The notes under the pieces are model-generated. The model saw only the letters and a list, made by a program, of their open reading frames with translations, was not told where the DNA came from and made no database searches. Positions 37,102 through 47,100 of a DNA stretch of 64,000 nucleotides are shown here, in pieces (the stretch's first letter is position 1; each line of letters opens with the position of its first letter). The DNA comes from Thermoplasmata archaeon (GTDB lineage: Archaea; Thermoplasmatota; Thermoplasmata; Lutacidiplasmatales; UBA184). The DNA is taken from the NCBI GenBank assembly GCA_021844945.1, contig JAKBSJ010000002.1:230965-294964 (forward strand), given 5' to 3'. A program made the position numbers and the translations under genes.

Positions 37102-37572
37102 ATGAGGACTCGCTCGATTCGCACGCTCATCTACGCGGCCGCCGGCGTCGGCCTGCTCCTCGCGGCGTTCGCCGCGTTCGAAGTGATCGATGCGGGGCTG
37201 ACCAAGCTCTGTACGATCAACACGTTCTTCTCGTGCGCGGCGGTGGCCAACAGCGGCCATACGACCACGCTCTACATCCCCGACTGGCTCTGGGGAGTGC
37301 TCGGATTCATATTGATCCTCGTCGTGGCCAGCCTGGCCGAGCGGAATCCCAAGGACCGACGCTACGTCTACGGACTCATCGCGCTCACGACCATTGGAAT
37401 CGCCTTGTCCCTGTACTTCCTCTACGTGGAACTGGCCGTGATCCACGCGGTCTGCGTCGTCTGCGCCTCGGCGTACGCGATGGGATTCATCTCATGGGGC
37501 GGCGCGATCGCTCTCGCTCGCGCCCCTCCCGGGGCCTCAAACGACCCCGACGAAAGCGAAGACGAATCGTAG
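37102..37572 (+). CDS. vitamin K epoxide reductase (VKOR) family membrane protein
   Basis: It has loop cysteines LCTINTFFSCAAV and a CxxC in the last helix (HAVCVVCASAY). 4 TM helices. Confidence 0.75.
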   Translation: MRTRSIRTLIYAAAGVGLLLAAFAAFEVIDAGLTKLCTINTFFSCAAVANSGHTTTLYIPDWLWGVLGFILILVVASLAERNPKDRRYVYGLIALTTIGIALSLYFLYVELAVIHAVCVVCASAYAMGFISWGGAIALARAPPGASNDPDESEDES

Positions 37573-37596
37573 CCCGGACCGGCGGTCGGCTCTGCG

Positions 37597-37604
37597 TTAT
37601 ATAG
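37597..37604 (+). promoter_or_regulatory. TATA box of the atpK-E-C unit (GCGTTATATAGGC core)
   Basis: TTATATAG lies 46 nt upstream of the atpK ATG. A GAGGT SD-like element sits about 10 nt before the ATG. Confidence 0.6.
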
Positions 37605-37649
37605 GCGACCCAAATCGGCCCGCCGGGCTCGCCCCGAGGTCGATCGAAG

Positions 37650-37868
37650 ATGGTATCGGATTACGCCGTGCTCGCCGCGGGTATCGCAATCGCCGGAGGT
37701 CTGATCGGGACGGGCATGGCCCAGTCCGGGATCGGCGCCGCCGGCATGGGGATCATCGCCGAGAAGCCCGAGAAGTTCGGTCAGGTGCTCTTCTTCTTCG
37801 TCATCCCCGAGACACTGTGGATCATCGGGTTCGTGCTCGGGATCATCCTGCTGCTGGGGATCCTGTAG
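37650..37868 (+). CDS. atpK: A-type ATP synthase subunit K (proteolipid c)
   Basis: 72-aa two-helix hairpin with a Gly-rich helix 1 and the ion-binding Glu in FFVIPETLWI. Confidence 0.9.
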   Translation: MVSDYAVLAAGIAIAGGLIGTGMAQSGIGAAGMGIIAEKPEKFGQVLFFFVIPETLWIIGFVLGIILLLGIL

Positions 37869-37888
37869 TCCGGGACGAGCGGGGCGCG

Positions 37889-38440
37889 ATGAGCCTGGAC
37901 CGCCTCGTCGAAGAGATTCGCGCCCGAGGCGGGGCCGAGGTCCGCTCCATCGAAGAGAACGCCGCGATCGAGACGGCCAAGATCGCGGCCGATCGGGACC
38001 GACGCATTCTCGAGATACAGCAAGAGTCCGAGCGCGCGGGAACAATCGAGGCGAACCACGAGCGCGTGCAGCGGATCGCCGCCGCGAAGCTCCGGTCCCG
38101 GCAGCGCCTGTACGAGGCGCGCGAGGCGCGACTGAAGTCCTCGCTCGGCGCCACCCACCAACTGCTCGCCGACTACACGACCCAGCCCGAGTACCCGAAG
38201 GTCCTCGAGCGCATGTACCGCTACGCGACCGAGGCCCTCGGCCCGGACGTGCGTCTCAAAGGTCGGGCCGAGGACGCCGCGGCCCTGAAGCGTATCGCTC
38301 CGGGGCGCGTCGATCCGAACCCCGTCCCCATCGTGGGGGGCCTCATCGCCGAGACCCCCGACGGGAGCCGCCAGCTCGACCTCTCCTTCAACGAGCTTCT
38401 GCGCCTGCGCGAAGACCGCGTCCGCGAGCTCCTCGCGTAG
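37889..38440 (+). CDS. atpE: A-type ATP synthase subunit E
   Basis: Internal ATG 37889. It has a long charged N-terminal helix (LVEEIRARGGAEVRSIEENAA...) and a globular C-domain ending GGLIAETPDGS...D.SF..LL. Confidence 0.8.
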   Translation: MSLDRLVEEIRARGGAEVRSIEENAAIETAKIAADRDRRILEIQQESERAGTIEANHERVQRIAAAKLRSRQRLYEAREARLKSSLGATHQLLADYTTQPEYPKVLERMYRYATEALGPDVRLKGRAEDAAALKRIAPGRVDPNPVPIVGGLIAETPDGSRQLDLSFNELLRLREDRVRELLA

Positions 38441-38455
38441 CGGAGGGACGCGCTC

Positions 38456-39535
38456 GTGGCCGGCAGCCCCTATGCGAGCTCCCTCGGCCGCCTCAAAGCC
38501 GACGGCATCTCATTCCTCACGAAGGAGTCATTCGCCCCGTTCCTCTCCGCGACCTCCGTCGACGAGATCGCGAAACAGCTCGCCCTGACCCCGTACGCCT
38601 TCGAGCTGGATCAGGCCCGCGCGGCCTACTCCGGGCTCCCGCTCATCGAAGCGGCGGTCAACCGCACGCTCGTGCGGCGCAACCGACACGCCTTCGACGC
38701 GACGCCCTTCGCCGGCCGCCTCGTCATCGCCGCGTATCTGAAGCGCTGGGACATCGAGAACATCGGGGCGATCCTCGCGAGCAAGGCGCAGAGCCGCCCG
38801 CTCACGCTCTCCGACACCGAGCTCGTCAGCAGCCGCGACATCCCGGCGGGTCTCATCGCGGGTACTCTCTCGCTGGACGACCTGCGCAACCTGGTCGGGC
38901 AACCGACGATCGACGCGGTCATCACCGACCTCGTGCGCTTCGGCTACGGCGGTCCGCTCCTTCCGCTCCTCGAGGAGTTCCGCCGCACGCGGGACATCTT
39001 CCCGTTCCTGCATGCCCTGCGGGTCCAGTACTACGCGGGCCTCCTCGAGGCGGCCCGCTTCTTCCAGGGCGATGAGGGGATCGTCCGCCAGCTCGTCCGG
39101 AGCGAGATCGACGTCGACAACGTGCTCGTGCTCCTGAAGGGGAAGGACTCCGACCTCCCTCTCGAGGACGTCCAGGTCCGGTGGATCGAGGGAGGATCGA
39201 TCCCGGCCCACGAAGCGACCGACCTCTACGCCGCGCGCTCCGTGCCGGAACTCGTCGACCGTCTCTCGCCCCATTACCCCACGCTCTCCGAGGGCAACGC
39301 CGCGTACTCCGAGGCGCACAGCCTCGCGCACTACGACGTCCACCTCCAACGCGAGCGGGCCGCGGCCGAGCTCCGGCGCCTCTCGAGCTACCCGATGAGC
39401 TTGGGCGGGATCTTCGCCTACCTCTTGATCGCCGAGCTGGAACGCTCCGACCTACGGCGCGTGACCTACGGGGTTCTCTACGGCATCCCGTCGGAAAGGC
39501 TCGGCCGCATGCTCACAAACCCCCGCTTCGCGTAG
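38456..39535 (+). CDS. atpC: A-type ATP synthase subunit C
   Basis: 359 aa with a GTG start preceded by GGAGGG. It is all-helical and its position and length are typical of A1Ao subunit C (the V-type d homolog). Confidence 0.8.
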   Translation: MAGSPYASSLGRLKADGISFLTKESFAPFLSATSVDEIAKQLALTPYAFELDQARAAYSGLPLIEAAVNRTLVRRNRHAFDATPFAGRLVIAAYLKRWDIENIGAILASKAQSRPLTLSDTELVSSRDIPAGLIAGTLSLDDLRNLVGQPTIDAVITDLVRFGYGGPLLPLLEEFRRTRDIFPFLHALRVQYYAGLLEAARFFQGDEGIVRQLVRSEIDVDNVLVLLKGKDSDLPLEDVQVRWIEGGSIPAHEATDLYAARSVPELVDRLSPHYPTLSEGNAAYSEAHSLAHYDVHLQRERAAAELRRLSSYPMSLGGIFAYLLIAELERSDLRRVTYGVLYGIPSERLGRMLTNPRFA

Positions 39536-39542
39536 GCCGGGC

Positions 39543-41558
39543 CTACGGCTCCGGGGCCCGCAGGATCGGGCCGAGGGGACTCGCGCCCGAAGGGGTGCCG
39601 CCCGGCGGCTCGGGAGGGGCGGTGTAGGCGCGCTCCGAGCCGAACGGGCGGAACGGCCGGCCGTTGCCCGTGTAGAACTTCGAGAAGTACTCGACGAAGA
39701 TCAGACGCGCCCCTTGGATCCCCGGCTCGAAGACGCCGAGGACGACGTTGAACGCTTGGCCGATAACGAGGATGATCGCGCCGACGAAGATCCCCACGGC
39801 CACGAACTCCGCCGGGAAGTGGTGCGGCAGGTGCGTCCCGATGAGGTCGATGACGCTCGCGAGAACGACGCTCGCGAGCAGGATGCCCACGAGACGCGTG
39901 TAGGACAGGATGTGGCTCACGATCTCGATGAGCCCCATGATCCCGAAGCCTCCCTCTCCGACGAGGAGGACCACGAGCCCGGCGATCACGACCCCGAGGT
40001 ACGGGTAGAGGAGCGAGCCCGAGAAGCCGTGCTGGTGAATGACGTAGAGCCCGAACAAAGCGATCCCCCAGGTGAAGATGATCCCGCCGACCTTCGCGAC
40101 CGCCTCGCGGGGGTGGTGGTGGAGGGTCTCCTTGATGGCCCCGAGCAGGAAGCCGAACGTGACCATCGCGACGCCGATGTATCCCGCGATGACCAGGAGG
40201 GTCCCGACGTCCACGAGCGGCGAGAACGGGGCGGTGTAGCCGAACAGCGTGTGGAGCACCGCGAAGCCGAAGAACTCGTCAAAGTAGAGGCCGAGGCCGA
40301 CCGCGATCGCGCATCCGGGGATGAGGGCGTAGGCGAGCTGACGCATCGCCGGCGGGCTCATGATCCTCGTGACGAAGTTGCGCAGCACTCGAGGGACGTA
40401 GCGACCTCCGGGGAACCCGCCGATCATCCAGAGGCTGATGCCGAGGATGACGAGGCCGTAGCCCCAATCGCCGAGCATGAGGCCAAAGAAGATGGGGAAG
40501 ACGATCGCGAAGACGATCGTCGGGTCCCACTCCGTGGCCTGCGGAAGCGAGTAGAACCGGATGAAGAACTCGTAGCGCCGCACGCCCGCGGGGTTGCGCA
40601 TCAGGGTCGGCGGCTCCTCGTGCGTCGGGACGAGGTAGAAGTACGCGCGACCCGAGCTCACGCGCTCGATCGCCGCGCGCAGCCGATCGAGCTCGCGCTT
40701 CGGGACCCATCCCTCCACCGCGAAGGTGTTCGGCCCCCGGCCGAGCTTGGTGTAGACCTCGAAGAGCCGGCTCTGGATGGAGAGCGCCTCTTCGAGCGCG
40801 GCGACGAGGGGGTACCATTCCTTCGAGATCTCGGCAAGCCGGGCCCGGATCTCGGCGCGCCGTCGCGTCACGCGCGCGATCTCCTCTTCGAGGCGGGCGG
40901 TTTCCTCCGGTACGCTCCGGGCGAGCGCCGGCACCGCCGTCAACCGTATCCCGCTGGAGGGGAGCACCCGGCCGACGAGGTCCGCGTGGCTGCGGGGGAA
41001 GAGGACGATTGCCCGGGTCGGGTCCGGCGCGCCGACCGTCACGACCTCCGTTTCCGCCGGATACGTCGCTCGCAGCCGATCGACCAGATCCAAAGGACCC
41101 TCGGCGAGGAACGATAGGTAGGTCCGGGTCGACAGGTCGTCCAGCGGGTCGTGATAGAAGGCGAGCTTCCCGAGGAGTGTGACCGTCTCGCGGAGCCCTT
41201 TGAGCTCCGTCTGGAGGCGATCGTCCTCCCGCACGAGCGCGCCGACCTCGGCATCGATCGGAACGGTCCGCGCGGCGGCGAGGATCGCCGGAAGGTCCTG
41301 GAACCGCATCGGCTGGGGTACGGGGACCGCGGGGAGGGCCGCCTTCAGGCCGCGAAACCGAAGGGCTTCGTCGCCGACGGAACGCTGGGTCTCGCTCGCG
41401 CGTTCGGGCTCGAGGTACTGGAGCGTCTCGGCGCAGACCGGCTCGATCTGGGCCACGCGCAGGTCGTGGAGCGCGGTGAGCACCGCTTCCCGGTCGTCCG
41501 TGAGGCCGAGGACGCCGACCTTGCGCATCGGCTCCGGTCGCAGAATCCCCATCGCCAC
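39543..41558 (-). CDS. atpI: A-type ATP synthase subunit I (stator a subunit)
   Basis: 671 aa with a soluble N-half and a C-half of about 7-8 TM helices, including the conserved Arg region (SYTRLVGILLAS). Confidence 0.9.
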   Translation of the reverse strand: MAMGILRPEPMRKVGVLGLTDDREAVLTALHDLRVAQIEPVCAETLQYLEPERASETQRSVGDEALRFRGLKAALPAVPVPQPMRFQDLPAILAAARTVPIDAEVGALVREDDRLQTELKGLRETVTLLGKLAFYHDPLDDLSTRTYLSFLAEGPLDLVDRLRATYPAETEVVTVGAPDPTRAIVLFPRSHADLVGRVLPSSGIRLTAVPALARSVPEETARLEEEIARVTRRRAEIRARLAEISKEWYPLVAALEEALSIQSRLFEVYTKLGRGPNTFAVEGWVPKRELDRLRAAIERVSSGRAYFYLVPTHEEPPTLMRNPAGVRRYEFFIRFYSLPQATEWDPTIVFAIVFPIFFGLMLGDWGYGLVILGISLWMIGGFPGGRYVPRVLRNFVTRIMSPPAMRQLAYALIPGCAIAVGLGLYFDEFFGFAVLHTLFGYTAPFSPLVDVGTLLVIAGYIGVAMVTFGFLLGAIKETLHHHPREAVAKVGGIIFTWGIALFGLYVIHQHGFSGSLLYPYLGVVIAGLVVLLVGEGGFGIMGLIEIVSHILSYTRLVGILLASVVLASVIDLIGTHLPHHFPAEFVAVGIFVGAIILVIGQAFNVVLGVFEPGIQGARLIFVEYFSKFYTGNGRPFRPFGSERAYTAPPEPPGGTPSGASPLGPILRAPEP

Positions 41559-41574
41559 CCTCTCCGAATGCTAC

Positions 41575-41943
41575 CTACGCGGAACCGTCGGTGAGAAACT
41601 CCCCGAGCACAGCGCGGAGGATCGCCTCACGCTGCTCGGCCGGCGCCGAACCGGTGCCGGCGGCGACCTGCTCCGCCTCGGTCGCTCCCGCAGCGAGGAT
41701 CTGCGCAGCTTCGCGATCACCCTCCTGCTGGGCGGCCCGGACGCGTTCCTCACGGGACTGGCGGGCCGCCGTCCGCGCGAGGGCGATGCGGGCGTCCGCG
41801 TCCTCACGGAGGTGCTGGAGCGCCGTGTCCGCCCGCGCATGCGCGTCGCGGACGCGCTCGTCCCACTCGCGTTCGACGTCCTTGACCCGCTTGAGCTCGT
41901 CCAGCGAGCCGACGACGGTGGAGGGGGGTGCGTCCGCGGCCAT
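41575..41943 (-). CDS. atpH: A-type ATP synthase subunit H (peripheral stalk)
   Basis: 122-aa charged coiled-coil (LDELKRVKDVEREWDERVRDAHARADTALQ...) immediately upstream of atpI. Confidence 0.7.
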   Translation of the reverse strand: MAADAPPSTVVGSLDELKRVKDVEREWDERVRDAHARADTALQHLREDADARIALARTAARQSREERVRAAQQEGDREAAQILAAGATEAEQVAAGTGSAPAEQREAILRAVLGEFLTDGSA

Positions 41944-41949
41944 GGGTTC

Positions 41950-42099
41950 CTACGCCAGGCCTCCGGACAGCTTGACGAGGAGGGCCAGGAAGAGGACCGC
42001 AGCGGCGATCTTCCACGCCCAGGAGAGGACCCAGAGCGCGCGGAAGCGACGGGCCGCGGGCGTCGCGGCGACGGGACGGATCGGATTAGGCGCCCACAC
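41950..42099 (-). CDS. unlisted 49-codon ORF encoding a single-TM peptide between atpD and atpH
   Basis: My own translation gives (GTG)WAPNPIRPVAATPAARRFRALWVLSWAWKIAAAVLFLALLVKLSGGLA-TAG. About 43 of 49 codons end in G/C, matching the coding bias here. It fills an otherwise empty 142-nt gap in a tightly packed operon. The GTG overlaps the atpD 3' end. Confidence 0.35.
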   Translation of the reverse strand: MWAPNPIRPVAATPAARRFRALWVLSWAWKIAAAVLFLALLVKLSGGLA

Positions 42100-42730
42100 C
42101 GGCGGCTTCCTCCTGTTCCATCTTCCGCTTCACCGTCTTGAGCATGCTGAACGAGTCGCGTTCCATCTCATCGAATCGGAACTTGATGTAGCGTACGGTG
42201 TCCTGAAGGCGAGGGATCAGGACGTTCTCGATCGCGCTGGCGCGGCGCTTGGTCTTCTCGATCTCGAGAAGAAGGCGGCGCAGCGCGTTCTCCTTTTCCG
42301 CGATGTCGAGCACGACCTGGTAGATCCCCTGGAAGTGGTAGATCGCCTCGTGAATCGACGTCGGTAGGTCGAGCAGCGCGGCCGAGGAGACCGGAGCGTA
42401 GGCGCCGCGCTGGACCTGGGGGGTCTTGACGCCCATCACGTTCTTCGTCGACACTCCGATCGGGGCGATCTCGGGCAACAGAAGCGAGATGTTCTCGAGC
42501 CGGGTCGTTCCTTCCATCATCTCGGCGACGCGGATCGCCTCGTAGCCGCGGGCGACGCGCTGCGCGAGGTCCCCGCGCAGGCGCATCGCCTCCTTGGAAA
42601 GATCGAAGAACTCGGCGATCAGCGCAGAGCGCTTGAGCTTGAGGAGATTGAGCCCGCGCTTCGCGAGCCCGATGCGCCGGCGCGTTTGCAACAGGACGAG
42701 CCGGGTCGGCCGCACATTCTCCGGGGGCAT
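42086..42730 (-). CDS. atpD: A-type ATP synthase subunit D (central stalk)
   Basis: It has RPTRLVLLQTRRRIGLAKRGLNLLKLKRSALIAEF. The start is at the internal ATG 42730. Confidence 0.9.
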   Translation of the reverse strand: MPPENVRPTRLVLLQTRRRIGLAKRGLNLLKLKRSALIAEFFDLSKEAMRLRGDLAQRVARGYEAIRVAEMMEGTTRLENISLLLPEIAPIGVSTKNVMGVKTPQVQRGAYAPVSSAALLDLPTSIHEAIYHFQGIYQVVLDIAEKENALRRLLLEIEKTKRRASAIENVLIPRLQDTVRYIKFRFDEMERDSFSMLKTVKRKMEQEEAAGVGA

Positions 42731-42755
42731 CGCGCGTCTCCTCCCTCTTCCGTCC

Positions 42756-44168
42756 CTACGCGGCCTTCTTCGCAACCCGGTACTTCTGCACGAACTCCGG
42801 TCGAATGCGCTTGAGCTCGGAATCGGGAAGATCGCTCAGGATCTCCCAGGCGATCCCCAGGCTCTGGTCGATCGAGCGGTCCTCGTCGGGCCGCTGGTTG
42901 ACGAACTCCGTCTCGAACCGGTCCGCGATCTTGAGGTAGATCCGGTCGGTGGGGCTTAGCGACTCCTCGCCGACGATCGCGCTGAGGGCGCGTTGGTCCT
43001 TTCCCGTCGCGTAGGCGGCGAAGAGCTGGTCGGCGACCCCGCGGTGGTCCTCGCGCGTGCGGTCCTTGCCGATCCCCTGGTTCATGAGGCGCGAGAGCGA
43101 AGGGAGGACGTCGATCGGAGGGTAGACCCCCCGGCGCTGGAGCTCGCGGCTCACGTAGATCTGACCCTCGGTGATGTACCCGGTCAGGTCCGGGATCGGG
43201 TGCGTCACGTCGTCGGCGGGCATCGTCAGGATCGGGAGCTGGGTGATCGATCCCTTGCGTCCGTGGATCTTCCCGGCGCGTTCGTAGATCGTCGCAAGGT
43301 CGGTGTACATGTATCCGGGATAGCCGCGGCGACCCGGCACCTCCTCCCGGGCGGAAGCGACCTCGCGGAGCGCCTCGCAGTAGTTTGTCATGTCCGTGAG
43401 CACGACCAGGATGTGCATGTCGCGCTCGTAGGCGAGGAACTCGGCGGCGGTGAGCGCCATGCGCGGCGTGACGACGCGCTCCATCGAGGGGTCGCTCGAG
43501 AGGTTGAGGAAGACGACCGCGCGCTCGAGCGCCCCGGTCGACTCGAACTCGCGCAGGAAGTAGTTGGCCTCCTCGCTCGTGATCCCCATCGCGGCGAAGA
43601 CGACCGCGAAGCTCTCGGAGGAGTTCCTCAGCTTCGCCTGACGGACGATCTGGGCGGCGATCTGGTTGTGCGGAAGGCCCGCGCCCGAGAAGATCGGGAG
43701 CTTCTGGCCGCGCACCAGCGTGTTGTTGACATCGATGGTGGAGATGCCGGTCTGGATGAACTCGCTCGGCTCTTCGCGCGAGTACGGGTTCATCGCGTTC
43801 CCGACGATCTCGTAGCGTTGCTCGCTGACGATCTTCGGCCCGCCATCGCGCGGCTCACCGAGCCCGTTGAAGACGCGGCCGAGCAGCTCGTCCGAGACCG
43901 CGAGCCGCGCGACCTCGCCGAGGAACTTCACGCTCGTCTGCTCGACGTTCATGCCCATCGTGGGGCCGAACACCTGAACGATCGCGAGCCCCTTGCGCGA
44001 GTCGAGCACCTGGCCCTGCCGTCGCTCTCCGCCGGGAACCTCGATCTCGACGATCTCTCCGTAGGCGGCGTTCGTGACATCGCGCACGAAGAGGAGGGGG
44101 CCGGTAACGCGGTCGACGGTCCGGTAGTCGATCGGGATGCGCGGGACCTTCGCGCTCGCGCCCGCCAC
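42756..44168 (-). CDS. atpB: A-type ATP synthase subunit B
   Basis: GTG 44168 lies 2 nt after the atpA stop. It has [14 protein letters not shown] and [22 protein letters not shown]. The ORF-track N-terminal extension (to 45200) overlaps atpA out of frame. Confidence 0.95.
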   Translation of the reverse strand: MAGASAKVPRIPIDYRTVDRVTGPLLFVRDVTNAAYGEIVEIEVPGGERRQGQVLDSRKGLAIVQVFGPTMGMNVEQTSVKFLGEVARLAVSDELLGRVFNGLGEPRDGGPKIVSEQRYEIVGNAMNPYSREEPSEFIQTGISTIDVNNTLVRGQKLPIFSGAGLPHNQIAAQIVRQAKLRNSSESFAVVFAAMGITSEEANYFLREFESTGALERAVVFLNLSSDPSMERVVTPRMALTAAEFLAYERDMHILVVLTDMTNYCEALREVASAREEVPGRRGYPGYMYTDLATIYERAGKIHGRKGSITQLPILTMPADDVTHPIPDLTGYITEGQIYVSRELQRRGVYPPIDVLPSLSRLMNQGIGKDRTREDHRGVADQLFAAYATGKDQRALSAIVGEESLSPTDRIYLKIADRFETEFVNQRPDEDRSIDQSLGIAWEILSDLPDSELKRIRPEFVQKYRVAKKAA

Positions 44169-44170
44169 GG

Positions 44171-47100
44171 TCAGGCACCCCCCGCCGCGGCGACCTGCCC
44201 GATCGCTTGGGTCATCTCGGTCTCCAGCGCGTCGAACTGCGCCGGAGCGTCGGCCTCGGGGATCCACTTCATGCGCGAGAGCTTCGTGCGCACCGGGAGC
44301 GCCTGGAGCTGGGCCACGGTCGCTCCCTTGCCAATCGCCTGCTGCTCTTGGTCCCCAAAGGAGAGGATGGCACGCAGCATCCGGAACTGCTTCTTGATCG
44401 AGGTGTAGGTGTCGACGTCGTCGAACGCGCTCTGCTGGAGGTAATCCTCCCGGATCATGCGCGCGACGTCCAACGTTCCCTTTTCGCGCTCGGGGAGCGC
44501 GTCGACGCCGACGAGCTGGACGATCTCCTGGAGCTCGGACTCCTTCTGGAGGACCTCCAGGGCACGTTGGCGCAGCGTCACGAACTCCGGAGAAAGCTCG
44601 CTGCGGTACCACGGCTCGAGATCGCCGATGTAGAGCGAATAGCTCTGCAGCCAGTTGATGGAGGGGAAGTGGCGTCGAGAAGCGAGGGCCGCATCGAGGG
44701 CCCAGAACACGCGCGTGACCCGTAAGGTGTTCTGGCTGACGGGCTCGGAGAAGTCGCCGCCCGGGGGGCTCACGGCCCCGACCACGGTCACCGAACCGGT
44801 CCGCCGATCGGGAGAGAGCGTCACCACGCGCCCGGCGCGCTCGTAGAACTCGGCGATACGGCGTCCGAGATAGGCGGGGTACCCTTCCTCGCCCGGCATT
44901 TCCTCGAGACGGCCCGAGATCTCGCGCATCGCCTCGGCCCATCGGCTCGTGGAGTCGGCCATCAACGCGACATCGTAGCCCATGTCGCGGTAGTACTCCG
45001 CGATCGTGATCCCGGTGTACACGCTGGCCTCCCGTGCCGCGACCGGCATGTTCGAGGTGTTCGCGATCAGGATCGTCCGCTCCATCAACGGACGCTTCGT
45101 CTTCGGATCGATGAGGTTCGGGAAGGTGGCGAGCACCTCGGTCATCTCGTTGCCCCGCTCTCCACATCCGACGTACACGACCACGTCGGAGTCGGCCCAC
45201 CGGGCAAGTTGTTGCTGCGTGACGGTGTTGTGGAGGAGCATGCCGCCCACGCCCCCCACGAAGTTGCTGCCGTAGCCGGGCACCGAAACGTCGTACACGT
45301 CGTACGGTCCGGCGCGCTCGACCGCGGTCTCCACGACCTCGTCGTAGAACAAGTCATCGCGAAGTCTCCGTAGCCGATCGGCACCGAGTTCGCTCTCGCG
45401 CCACGTCGACCTATCTTCCCCGGGGTACGCGGGCGTCGTGAACGTCCTTGCGTCCCAACGCCCTTCGCGGTCCGTACCATGGTAGATCTGCCCCCCGCTA
45501 CGGAGCGGGCTCGAGGGGAGCCGGTGCTCCCGCTCGATTTGAGGGGAAGCGAGCGGAGCCCCATCGACGCCGGCGTCGCGGGCGCGCCCGAACGGAATGC
45601 GGTCCCGGATGGATGCGGCCCGGGGCGCGCTCGACACGAGGACTTCTCCGAGCCGTCGGAGGCTGACCGGGCCCGGGATGGAAAGGCGATAGGACTCGGT
45701 CCCGTCGATCGTTCGCGGGCCGAGCGTCGATAGGATCCCGAATCGGGCCAGCACGTAGGTAAGCTCGGTACGAAGCCGCGCGCTCGCGGCACGGAACTCG
45801 ACTTCGCCTGCGCGGGCAGCACCGCTCCCGAGATAGTAACCGAGCAGGAACGATGCAAGGACACGGTTGCTCGAGCCGAGCACCGACGGCGGGATCCGCG
45901 GTTCCGCCGTCGACCCGCCGGTCCCGAGCTGGTGCAGCACATCGACCAGCTCGGCACTACGGAGGACGGCGCTCGGAGCCCGGTCCTTCGGACGCTCGAT
46001 GTACCCTTCGAGTCCGAAGAGCTCCCGGCCCAGCGAGAGGAACCGCTCGAGAAGAGCCGGGTCCGAACTGGAGAATGCAATGGCCTCCTCTCCTCGTGGC
46101 CATCCCTCGGCGACGAAGTAACCCAGGAACTCGGCGAGTTCGCGGGTCATCATGTTCGGCGCTCGAAGGATCGTCCCCGCCCGCAAAGACCTCGGCGGGC
46201 GAAGGTCCAGCCTCCGGTCGCGGGACGGTCCGGGTATCCGATGGACCGACGCGACGTAGTCGCCCGGCGCGAGCTCGGAGGCCGCGGTCTCGCGGAGTTC
46301 TCCGTTCGGCCGGAAGGTAAAGAGACGGTGGATCGGAGTGACCCGTACGGTACGCCCGCTCCGCGTGCGAATTCGCACGAGCAGGTCGCTCTTTCCCTTG
46401 TAGAAGGTCCGGCTCTCGCTCGGAACGAGCCGATCTCCGACCCACGAGTACAGAGGCAGCGGCTCCTTCGGCCGGATCCACTCGTCGGACCCGTCAAGGG
46501 AGACCTCCCCGTCGGCCTTCGAGCGCTCGTAAAGCTCCTCCATCGTGAGCACCTCGCCGCTTCCGAGGACCACCGGCGTCTCGCCCGCGACGCACTTACC
46601 GGATCCGAACGGTCCCGGAATGCACGCGGAACCGCCCTTGGCGACGGGGAAGAACGAGTCGATGACTCGCTGGCCGGTGACCAGCGGGATGCTCGGCGGG
46701 AGCTTCTGACTCACCGGCCGCGGGATGCGGACCACCCACTTCTGGCTCAGGTAGAGGGGTACCTTGCCGTGGTCCGTCGCGAGCGAACCGATCTGTTCGC
46801 GGATCGTGAACGATCCGCCCTTCAGAGATTCGATCGTCCCTTCCACGCCGGGAGGGACCATGATCTTGTGGAGGATGAGCGGCGTCTCCTGAACGGTGCC
46901 GAGGACCGTCCCGGGCGAGACGTGGTCGCCCACGTGGGCGGTCGCCGTGAAGTCCCACTTCTTCGTCTCGTCCAGCGGCGGAGCGACGAATCCGCGGGTG
47001 ATGAAATCCCCCAAGCTCTTCTGCAGGACGTCGAGCGGGCGCTGGACCCCGTCATAGATGGATTTCAACAGACCGGGTCCGAGCTCGACCGAGAGCGCCT

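Noticed and set aside
39714-41117. 467-aa plus-strand ORF antisense to atpI, extremely rich in D/E/R
   Set aside because: It is the mirror image of a hydrophobic membrane protein gene (codons for L/V/I/F/G read as acidic and basic residues on the other strand). It has no motifs.
41941-41952. In-frame TAG between the small TM ORF and atpH as a pyrrolysine or read-through codon producing a TM-anchored stalk subunit
   Set aside because: TAG is used as an ordinary stop by several solid genes in this window (trxA, polD, aceA, atpB, atpC, atpI). There is therefore no sign of TAG reassignment, and no pyl genes were seen. It is kept only as an evolutionary-remnant idea in the findings.
44169-45200. 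N-terminal 344-aa extension of the atpB ORF (ORF 42756..45200), which would make an 814-aa fusion
   Set aside because: The extension overlaps atpA out of frame and is Arg-rich. AtpB homology begins at GTG 44168, right after the atpA stop.
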